A stretch of DNA of 64,000 bases from positions 3,360,001 to 3,424,000 of the forward strand of contig CAVQMM010000001.1 of the NCBI GenBank assembly GCA_963713615.1. Reading direction: 5' to 3'. Both the position numbers and the translations under genes were made by a program. Each line of letters begins with the position of its first letter. Position 1 is the first letter of the stretch. Below the pieces are notes generated by a model. The model was not told the DNA's origin. It made no database searches and worked only from the letters and a program-made list of their open reading frames with translations. Shown one piece after another: positions 9,151-17,446 of the stretch. Source of the DNA: an uncultured Chlamydiae bacterium. Lineage in GTDB: Bacteria; Chlamydiota; Chlamydiia; Chlamydiales; JAJFMA01.

Positions 9151-11442
9151 ATGGTTTCCCCATTAGCTCCAAATGCTTCAACACCCCTTACGCAGACTGA
9201 GCTGCTTGCTGAACAGCATCTGAATCTTTCAGGTGCCCTGGATAATATCCTTACAGCAAAATCAGACAATGACATTAGCATAAGCTCTTACCTTGAAGTC
9301 CAATCGTCAGCACACTTGGACCTTGACCAAACGCTCTATAATATAGAATTTACGGACTCCACGCTGGCAAATCGTTTTGCTAGTGATGGACTAGACCAAA
9401 TGGACTCATTAATTCAGGAGTATAACGCTCTTTATGGTGAGTTTCAGGCGAGCCAGGTCAATACAGCGGCAACGGATCCAGCCACTACGAATCTGAATAC
9501 ATATGCTACTAGTACAAATACAAGTATTTCTCATACTCAGACGAGCGCAACCACTTATAATAATGCAGTAGGCCAGTATAATTCAGCTGCGAGTACTTTT
9601 AATAACGAGGAGACGGCGGGTTTTTCCAGTCCGGCAGCTGAGGATGCGGCGATTAATGTATACAATCTTGCTGTAACAAACTACAATAATGCAGCCAATA
9701 CATACAACAATTCTGTTAACACAAGCAATGTATCTATTACCACCTATAATGCTCAAGTAGATAACTATAATGCGACAACCTTGGTGCAAACTAATAATGA
9801 TATTGCTGCTCAAAACGCGGCAAATCCCACACAGACACCGTTACCACCACAACCTCCAACGCCTGATATGGCTCCAATTCCTACCGTAGGCACCCTCTCA
9901 ACGCTACCATTGGTCCCTGTGACAGGTCCTGTTCCTGTAGTATCTACCGCTCCCACACCACCATTGATTCCGGTCTACATTCTTCCAAGTGCGTTAAATT
10001 TCTACAAAAATTATTTAGTTCCTTCCTTTTTGCCTTCGCAATTACCAGCTTTAGTCTATCTTACAACAATTCAAAGACTGTTTAACCAAATTTTAGATCA
10101 AAGTAATCCTCTACCAACAACGATCAAGCCTAATGCTGGTACTCAAGATATTACTCGACCTCGTGCCTATATCAATCGTGACGAAACAAACTCTATATCT
10201 ACTGGGGGAAGCGGAGTTGGTGGGGTATCAACTAGTGTATTGGCTATGGGTTTAGACAATGCGGAGATGGACAGTATTCTGGGAGAAGGGGTTGTAAAAC
10301 AAATGTTCGACAATACTACTGTCCCAGCTCCACTTCAGGAACGATTGACAGCACTCGTATCTACATTATTCATACGCAGTTCTGTAGCTGGATCTCTACC
10401 AGCTGTGCAAACATTTCTGGGATCTGATCTTTCCCAAATTGAGAATCAATCGGGTGCGGGTCGTGCGGCGAGTTCGCTTGGGACCACTGCGGCGATTCTG
10501 GGATTATTACGCGGAAATGCTCTACAACAGCCAATCTCGACGATCATTAACACAACCACGCAGTTGCAAAGCCTCAATGATACTGACAAGCAAAATTTAC
10601 AATCGGGTTTACAAGCAATCACCTCAACAGCCTTACTTAAGCTTGGTCTGGGTTCTTTAGTGCATGAAACGCAAACCCCCGGCCTATTGAATGTGATGGA
10701 TGCAGCAGTGATCTCAGGAACCCCGCAAAATGCCAATTCTCGCTTTGGTGTTGTGGTGACGAGTTTAGATAATCTAAAGGCTGCATTTGGTTCTCAGGAG
10801 GTTTCTAGCTTACTTAGCCAGTACCTTGCTAACCAGATCGTCAATGCTCCAGGAGTGAGTCCCACCCAAGTCAATGATCTAGCCAATCAAATAGCGACCA
10901 ATGTGACAACCGAACCCACCCCTGCGACGCCTGCAGCCCTACAGCAAATTATTCAACAAAGCCTCGCTTCCACGCTGGGATCCAACGTCTCTTCCGCTCT
11001 CGTCCAGCAGCTCACTGGTCAGGTTTCCTTGTTCGCCATAGCCGGTGCAACACGTAGTGATCTTTTACAAAATCTCATTTCTTCAGCTGGGCCGGCTAAT
11101 GCAGAGAATTTAACAGATCAAACGATTGTGCGACTTTTTGGATTCTCGCCGAGCTTTGGTGAAGGTGAAATCATTCAACGTCCTAGTGAAGAAGCTACAG
11201 CGCTTCCTGCTGTGACTTCGTTAGCAGATAGTGCTCAGGCTTTGAATAACTTAGACGCCAGCAAGGCTGGGCAAATGGTGGCCGACAACTTTAACACGAG
11301 TAGGGCTCATCAGGATGTGCAAAACTTAGATGCATTTTTCCGTGAGGTGATTGACCCAGGCCAAATGCTGGTCGGTTTGATGTATGAAGGACATCGCGGA
11401 ACAGCCTTTAAACGTGGAAAAACAGATATTGATTTAGCTTAA
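9151..11442 (+). CDS. Large T3SS-locus protein with Tyr-Asn heptad region and Pro-rich linker; probable secreted substrate
   Basis: ATG with AAGGAG RBS; S/T/N/Q-rich; first gene of the translocator module. Confidence 0.8.
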   Translation: MVSPLAPNASTPLTQTELLAEQHLNLSGALDNILTAKSDNDISISSYLEVQSSAHLDLDQTLYNIEFTDSTLANRFASDGLDQMDSLIQEYNALYGEFQASQVNTAATDPATTNLNTYATSTNTSISHTQTSATTYNNAVGQYNSAASTFNNEETAGFSSPAAEDAAINVYNLAVTNYNNAANTYNNSVNTSNVSITTYNAQVDNYNATTLVQTNNDIAAQNAANPTQTPLPPQPPTPDMAPIPTVGTLSTLPLVPVTGPVPVVSTAPTPPLIPVYILPSALNFYKNYLVPSFLPSQLPALVYLTTIQRLFNQILDQSNPLPTTIKPNAGTQDITRPRAYINRDETNSISTGGSGVGGVSTSVLAMGLDNAEMDSILGEGVVKQMFDNTTVPAPLQERLTALVSTLFIRSSVAGSLPAVQTFLGSDLSQIENQSGAGRAASSLGTTAAILGLLRGNALQQPISTIINTTTQLQSLNDTDKQNLQSGLQAITSTALLKLGLGSLVHETQTPGLLNVMDAAVISGTPQNANSRFGVVVTSLDNLKAAFGSQEVSSLLSQYLANQIVNAPGVSPTQVNDLANQIATNVTTEPTPATPAALQQIIQQSLASTLGSNVSSALVQQLTGQVSLFAIAGATRSDLLQNLISSAGPANAENLTDQTIVRLFGFSPSFGEGEIIQRPSEEATALPAVTSLADSAQALNNLDASKAGQMVADNFNTSRAHQDVQNLDAFFREVIDPGQMLVGLMYEGHRGTAFKRGKTDIDLA

Positions 11443-11480
11443 CGAAGCTAGATTGCACAACATGTTAGTAAAGCACAAAG

Positions 11481-11509
11481 TTGAATTTTATATAAATTTG
11501 TACTATAAT
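11481..11509 (+). promoter_or_regulatory. Putative sigma66 (sigma70-type) promoter
   Basis: TTGAAT-17bp-TATAAT upstream of 11637. Confidence 0.55.
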
Positions 11510-11636
11510 GGTATTGAGAAATAAGGGTTTGTACACATTCAAACACAATTGATACTGCGTCTTTACTACTGACCTACTGAAACGATACCCTTAATGGAAT
11601 CCTTCCGATATAGCTCAAAGGCGGAGGAAAGAGATT

Positions 11637-12824
11637 ATGGATATGCCTATGATGGTGGCTGGTGTGGGTACCGTCCCTACCGCACTAACCGAGACAGACC
11701 AAGTCGTTGTTACGGATTATCAAAATCAGGTTGCTATTCTACAGAATATTTTAGATCAGGCGCCTGGCACGCTCACCGCCGCTGATGCAAACACCGTCAG
11801 CCAGGCCATCATCAATCTGCAAAATTTGGCGGCTTCAGGGCTTCCAGCAACCCATAATAATTATGCTGGTGTGCCCACGACGCAAACTTACTACATGACT
11901 ACAGACATGGCAAGGCAGACAGACTTGCTTATGCGATCGATGATGGCTGCAGGGATCACCCCAGGAAGTGCGATAACGCTCACACAACTGCAAAAATGGC
12001 AAGATCTAGGAGTTAATGGGGTTAGCGTTGTTGTCCAACGTGCAGCTCAAGCGGTAGACACCAACCGCTCTTTGCAGGCGCTTATCGAGACGGAATATGT
12101 CGCTACAGCTAACAATGTGCTAGCGACCCAATTGACGGCTCTTGAGGCTGCTATGAGTACAACGCAAGCGATTACGGTGACGCTAACCAGCTTACAAAGT
12201 GTCCGTAACTTAGTCGCTCCAGAAAACAAAAGTGGTGTCAGTTTAAGTGCATTACCTACAGGTGTAAGTGCTGCTGAGACGGCTTATAATACGGCTGCCC
12301 AATCCGCATTTGGAAACCCGATTAATATATATGTAGCTTTTGGTACCCAAAACCCACAGGACGTCATCGCCCAAGTAGCCACAGACCGTGCCCAGCTAGC
12401 TGCTGAACTAACGCAATTGGATAAAATCAGTCCGCCTACCATTGGTTCTACCGGTCAGGCTGTTTATACTCCCAATAGTCTTCAAGCAGAAGTCTCTGGT
12501 GTCCTCAGCGATATGACAACCTACCTGCCTATAGGAGCCACCAGTCCCAGTGATATCACCCTTTCCGGCCTAGAAGCATGGATAATCGATAACATGAACC
12601 AGCATTTACCCCAAGACTCGCCTAGCGCTGTTGCTTTGGCTGGTAAAATTGGGCAAACCTTTACTGCTGCAGTTGCAGCCGCCACAAACTTAAATGATAC
12701 GCAAAAAGAACAATTTCAACAGTATATGTTCATCTTTCAAGAGTTTTATCAGTCTGCTGGAGCTATAATGACTCAGATTAACCAAATATTAGCTACTATG
12801 GCTCAAGATATGGGTCAAGGGTAA
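11637..12824 (+). CDS. T3SS-associated helical protein (candidate secreted tip/filament-type)
   Basis: A/T/Q-rich 395 aa with amphipathic coiled-coil C-terminus; upstream of LcrH-like chaperone. Confidence 0.75.
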   Translation: MDMPMMVAGVGTVPTALTETDQVVVTDYQNQVAILQNILDQAPGTLTAADANTVSQAIINLQNLAASGLPATHNNYAGVPTTQTYYMTTDMARQTDLLMRSMMAAGITPGSAITLTQLQKWQDLGVNGVSVVVQRAAQAVDTNRSLQALIETEYVATANNVLATQLTALEAAMSTTQAITVTLTSLQSVRNLVAPENKSGVSLSALPTGVSAAETAYNTAAQSAFGNPINIYVAFGTQNPQDVIAQVATDRAQLAAELTQLDKISPPTIGSTGQAVYTPNSLQAEVSGVLSDMTTYLPIGATSPSDITLSGLEAWIIDNMNQHLPQDSPSAVALAGKIGQTFTAAVAAATNLNDTQKEQFQQYMFIFQEFYQSAGAIMTQINQILATMAQDMGQG

Positions 12825-12957
12825 TAATAAATTATAAAAGGTATATTAAATTATTAAACTATATTATAAAATAATAATTAAGCGAGAGGCAGTTAACACC
12901 TATCGGTAATATTGATTCTATCGTCTGTCTTTAGCAGAGTTTGGAGGATATAAATCC

Positions 12958-14151
12958 ATGACAAGCGCTATTCCTAATACTGCTCCCCCCGTTAAACCTA
13001 CAGATCCCTTTTTTAGTATTCTTGCTGACACAAATTACAGCGCTGATCCCTCAGGATTAACAGCGGCAGAGGCAGGAATCACCAGTCAATTTGGCTCAAC
13101 AACAAACTTTGATAATCTACTGGCTAGCTGGGATATGGATAATGGCGATCCAGCTACGCGAAAAGTATTTCCACGTACTTACCAGCAGTTTGTTACAGCC
13201 GTAGAACAGGCATCCGGAAGCACAAACGCCACCGCAATCATGAATGGTTTTGAAACCGAATTCGCTCAGATTTTGCAGATTACAGGAGGGATATCCGGAG
13301 GCGGAGGAGATTACACTGGTATTCCTACTAGCCAACTTACGACACAGTTTCAGGACGCTTTTTCCTCATTTCTATACAACTTTCAATTTCAGGTAGATAC
13401 GAATGCAGACGGAACACCTGGTCCGACCGATGGTGCGGCGGGACCAACGAGTTATTTCATTCAGCAGTGGCATACATGGATGACGGTGACTGCCACGAAC
13501 TTAACTCAGTATGCGACAGGTCCTACAGCGAATGTGTCGACTTTTCAGCAGATTTATCAGGCTTTCTTCCCCAATGGCACAGAAGCGCAATTCATTGCTT
13601 TGCGTAACCAGCTAGTCCAGCAAGAGATTAATGATCCGAACTTTAATTACTTTATACCCAGCCACTTCCTCTCGCAGTGGTATACGTTGGTGCAAACTGC
13701 TTATTTAACTCCATTATTAGGAGATAGCTCAGCAGCGCTTACCGATTCTGATCAATTAACCGTAATCTGGAAGGTATTTAATTTATGTGTACAGGTCATT
13801 GCTAATTTAGAAACACTCTCGACAGTTGCATCGGGCCAGCTGAACTTTTTGACTAACTACCAAGAGGCCTACACAAACTTGATGGCACAGATTCCGGTAT
13901 TCACAGCGGGGGATGGCAGTCCATTTGGTGGCACAGATAGTACCTCTGCAGAAGCCAGGCAGGAGTTGAACCCAAAGAACCAAACGCTGACGCAAAACTT
14001 ACAATCCTACCGAGATCTGCTAGGCGACCAAGCGCAGACAGTTCAGTCCAACCTTAACCAACTTAATCAGTCTGTGAACCAACAATCAAGTTTGTGTGAT
14101 TCTATTTTGCAAGAGATGAACACGATTCTCTCCTCGATATTCCCGGCATAA
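12958..14151 (+). CDS. T3SS-associated helical protein (probably CT863-like)
   Basis: 397 aa, C-terminal Q/N coiled coil; immediately upstream of an lcrH-copB-like pair, the position I recall for CT863. Confidence 0.7.
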   Translation: MTSAIPNTAPPVKPTDPFFSILADTNYSADPSGLTAAEAGITSQFGSTTNFDNLLASWDMDNGDPATRKVFPRTYQQFVTAVEQASGSTNATAIMNGFETEFAQILQITGGISGGGGDYTGIPTSQLTTQFQDAFSSFLYNFQFQVDTNADGTPGPTDGAAGPTSYFIQQWHTWMTVTATNLTQYATGPTANVSTFQQIYQAFFPNGTEAQFIALRNQLVQQEINDPNFNYFIPSHFLSQWYTLVQTAYLTPLLGDSSAALTDSDQLTVIWKVFNLCVQVIANLETLSTVASGQLNFLTNYQEAYTNLMAQIPVFTAGDGSPFGGTDSTSAEARQELNPKNQTLTQNLQSYRDLLGDQAQTVQSNLNQLNQSVNQQSSLCDSILQEMNTILSSIFPA

Positions 14152-14156
14152 GTAGT

Positions 14157-14172
14157 TGGCACGCAATTTGAA
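14157..14172 (+). promoter_or_regulatory. Putative sigma54 promoter (variant -12)
   Basis: TGGCAC-GCAAT-TTGAA upstream of the chaperone gene. Confidence 0.45.
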
Positions 14173-14254
14173 AAGGAAATTTCGATGATGTTGAGACTAA
14201 AGCTAGTAATGACGAATAGAAACTAGTTAACACTATTTTAAGGAGGGAGCACTC

Positions 14255-14836
14255 ATGGTTGAATCAAAGGGAGTTAAGAAAGAAGCTGCAGAGCTAAATG
14301 GGCCGCCAACGAAGGAGGAAATGGATAAGATCGTGAGTGATATATTTGAAAAAGACATGTTGCCTAAGGATGCAATTGGCATACCGGATGATGTCATGGA
14401 GGGCATATATGCCCATGCCTATCGCACTTACAATGTGGGAAAGTACCACAATGCTGCACAATTATTTCGTCTATTAATCATGCTTAATGCCCTAGAACCT
14501 AAGTATGTTCTAGGTTTAGCTGCATGCCATCATCTGCTCGGACAGTATGACAATGCCCTCATGATGTATATGGTTGTTGAGGTCCTTAACCCTAAGGATC
14601 CTATGCCAAACTACCACTCAGCGGACTGCTATATCCGGATTGAAATGCAAGAGGATGCCCTAGAACAGATGCAGAAGGCATTAACTAAGTGTGGCGAATT
14701 ACCACAGTACACAGCTCTGAAGAACAGAATTATTGTTACCATCGCCGCCCTAGTTAAGCAAGTGGCTGACATCAAACGCGCTGAGGCGGAAGAAGCATTA
14801 TCAGAGAAAGCCGTTGAGAAGAAGAGTAAAGGTTAA
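14255..14836 (+). CDS. lcrH: SycD/LcrH-family class II T3SS translocator chaperone
   Basis: MEGIYAHAYRTYNVGKY..A..LFRLL, KYVLGLAAC, DPMPNYHSADCY TPR pattern. Confidence 0.92.
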   Translation: MVESKGVKKEAAELNGPPTKEEMDKIVSDIFEKDMLPKDAIGIPDDVMEGIYAHAYRTYNVGKYHNAAQLFRLLIMLNALEPKYVLGLAACHHLLGQYDNALMMYMVVEVLNPKDPMPNYHSADCYIRIEMQEDALEQMQKALTKCGELPQYTALKNRIIVTIAALVKQVADIKRAEAEEALSEKAVEKKSKG

Positions 14837-14861
14837 AAAAACAAGAATTGGGAGGTTTTGG

Positions 14862-16724
14862 ATGCCCGGAACCATGCCAGGAGTTGGTGGTGGTGTCGAT
14901 GGTCCAACATACGCCGATTACCAAGATGTAACTGACCAAAACCAACTTGCCGGTGCTGCAAACGCTGTACGCGAAAAGCTCAATCTGCTTCCTGATACCT
15001 TAGTTTTGACAATTGCTAAGTTCTCGGGAGAAGTGAAGTTGTATGCTGCTAAGGCTGATGCGCCGGTAGTGCCAGCATTCATTAAATTGCGTTCTAGTGG
15101 CTCCCTGGAGACCACTAAGAATTCTCTTGATGATATGCAGAAGGAGTTTATGCGCTTTGTCGAAATGCTGCCTCCCAAGCTGCGCGTACTATTGCTGAAA
15201 AATATGGGGTTGCCAAAAAAATTGCAGGACCCTGAACTCAATGGTTTCGAAAAAAGCCTTCATGAGCATGTGAAGGTCAAGCTTTGGGCGCGGTCAATCC
15301 TTAATCGCTTCCGCAGAGGGGATAAAGAAGAAGGTGATGATGAGGAAGAGCGCCGCGAACGACAAGGCATCTTCTCTCTGGAAGAAGAAGAAAATTTCCT
15401 ACCAGAAGGGACGATAATCCCAGAAACTCACTATGTTCCCATCGGTAAAGTTGATCCTTATGAACAAACGGCTAGCGAAGTGACCAAGCAGATACAGGCT
15501 AATACGGTGTTTATGCTGGAATATCAGCTGGGTGTTTTAAAACTCTATCTATCCTCTTTAGAGACTCAGGATCCCGCTCGCGAACTATTAAAGGACTTCC
15601 CGCGATTAATCTCCCGAATGATAAGACAATCCAAAGCTTTTGTTAATGTTCGCAACTTCCTGGACTTTGAAAAAGCCAAGAAGGTTGCTACAGGTTTAAA
15701 AAAAATTGATCCTTCGCTGATTCAAGAGCAACGCAGATTGCTGGAGATCGCTCAAAGGTATAGTTCTGGGGGCCCGTCGCAAGGTGCCGTTGCATTTGCC
15801 ATAGCATCTTTGAACCTTGCTGTGATCGGTTGTCAACTACTACGTAGCAGCTGTTCGTTATCAGCCCTATGCACGGAGGGCTCTGCGTTGTTACATGGAT
15901 GCTTACTTAGTTCCTCTACAGTTGTTGGTAAAGCCTTGATGGGCATTTCCAATAAATTGTCGGAGGGATTTCAATTTATGGGCCTCTCTCCAGGGGTCGT
16001 CCAGATCCTGCAGATGGTGTTGCTGTGTATCGGTCCAGTGATGATGGTAAGCGCCTTAGAGGACACCTTGCCAGTGCTAGCTGCCTATTCAAGCGACACT
16101 GCAGAGCACATTTTTGGAGCCTTAGAAACATCGGGGCTGCAAGCTGAAGAGGAAGAGCCTATAGAAGGCGAAAAGCGCTTAGACCAAATATCAAGAGAGT
16201 CCGTCGTCAGGCTAGCTTCAACGGTTACAATGATGACCAAAATTGCCTTTCATGTAACGCAAAAGCTATTGAAAAATATTACTGGCCCCTCAGAGCAGAG
16301 ATCTTTTGATGTTGAAGCTCTCTGTGTGCAATTGGTCATCTTGCTCTCAGCGGTACTCAGTGGAAGTTATTTATTTGAAAAAGTAGGAGATGCTAGCGCA
16401 GTCCTCTTTGGCAACCTAATAACAGGGACCTTGCAAGCACATGCTGTGCAGCTACAGCATCTCATCGACCTTGGAGAGATCAAGCCTGAAATAGCAAAGG
16501 CCTTAAATGGCCTTAGGCTGTCCGAGATAGCCTTTGAAGGCCAACGTATCTCCGAGTTACTTAACTCAAGAGAATCCGCCCTAGAGATTCTTGGAATACG
16601 TGCAAAGGATTTGAAACAGGGTTGTGAAGAACTGATACAACTTGCCGCGTTTTTCGCACTGCTACAAACCCTGTTGAGGCAGGAACGTAGGCAAGTGACA
16701 CCAAACGTCAGCGTTCTCGCATAG
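14862..16724 (+). CDS. Divergent CopB/SctE-like protein
   Basis: ATG with GGAGG RBS; follows an LcrH chaperone; shares blocks with 17447-19525; hydrophobic central region. Confidence 0.65.
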   Translation: MPGTMPGVGGGVDGPTYADYQDVTDQNQLAGAANAVREKLNLLPDTLVLTIAKFSGEVKLYAAKADAPVVPAFIKLRSSGSLETTKNSLDDMQKEFMRFVEMLPPKLRVLLLKNMGLPKKLQDPELNGFEKSLHEHVKVKLWARSILNRFRRGDKEEGDDEEERRERQGIFSLEEEENFLPEGTIIPETHYVPIGKVDPYEQTASEVTKQIQANTVFMLEYQLGVLKLYLSSLETQDPARELLKDFPRLISRMIRQSKAFVNVRNFLDFEKAKKVATGLKKIDPSLIQEQRRLLEIAQRYSSGGPSQGAVAFAIASLNLAVIGCQLLRSSCSLSALCTEGSALLHGCLLSSSTVVGKALMGISNKLSEGFQFMGLSPGVVQILQMVLLCIGPVMMVSALEDTLPVLAAYSSDTAEHIFGALETSGLQAEEEEPIEGEKRLDQISRESVVRLASTVTMMTKIAFHVTQKLLKNITGPSEQRSFDVEALCVQLVILLSAVLSGSYLFEKVGDASAVLFGNLITGTLQAHAVQLQHLIDLGEIKPEIAKALNGLRLSEIAFEGQRISELLNSRESALEILGIRAKDLKQGCEELIQLAAFFALLQTLLRQERRQVTPNVSVLA

Positions 16725-16760
16725 GAAACAAGGAATAGGAATTAGGAGGAGGAAAAGCAC

Positions 16761-17420
16761 ATGGTCGATCCCAAAGAATTGGATGAAGCCCTCAAAATGG
16801 TGGCTGATGAAACTTCAAAAGAGCTAGAGCCTGCTGTTAATGCGGTTGTGGATAACATGCTGAATAAGCAGATGTTCCCCATGGACGCTATGGGCATGGA
16901 CCATAAGATTGTCGAAGCAACCTATATGCAAGCTGTACACCTTTATAACACAGCGCAATATATAGAATCAGCGAAAGCCTTTCATGCGCTTGTGTTGCTT
17001 CACCCCGCGGAGGTAAAGTTCTATATTGGCCTAGCAGCCTCCTATCACATGGTAGAAGAGTATGATGGTGCCCTCACAATTTATGGATACATCGGTGTAC
17101 TCGATCCAGAAAGCCCAGTCCCTCACTATCATGCATCAGATTGCTACCTCAAGATGGACATGACCTCTCCAGCTATCGCTGAGCTACAAATTGCCATGCA
17201 GCTATGTGGTGATCAAGCACAGTACGCTATGATCAAAGACCGATGTCAAATCACAATCAATGCTTTGCAAGAACAAGCAAACACATCAGCTGCTCCAAAC
17301 GTATCTTCAGGACCACCACCGACGATATCAGCAGCACCACTGACGAAATCTTCAGCACCATCGATGGCGCCAAAACCACCTACCATAAAGGTTGCGCCAC
17401 CAGGCATTAAAAAGAAATAA
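16761..17420 (+). CDS. lcrH: Second SycD/LcrH-family chaperone with Pro/Ser-rich tail
   Basis: EATYMQAVHLYNTAQY, KFYIGLAASYH, SPVPHYHASDCY. Confidence 0.92.
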   Translation: MVDPKELDEALKMVADETSKELEPAVNAVVDNMLNKQMFPMDAMGMDHKIVEATYMQAVHLYNTAQYIESAKAFHALVLLHPAEVKFYIGLAASYHMVEEYDGALTIYGYIGVLDPESPVPHYHASDCYLKMDMTSPAIAELQIAMQLCGDQAQYAMIKDRCQITINALQEQANTSAAPNVSSGPPPTISAAPLTKSSAPSMAPKPPTIKVAPPGIKKK

Positions 17421-17446
17421 ATGGGAATGGGTAAGGAGGAAAATTT

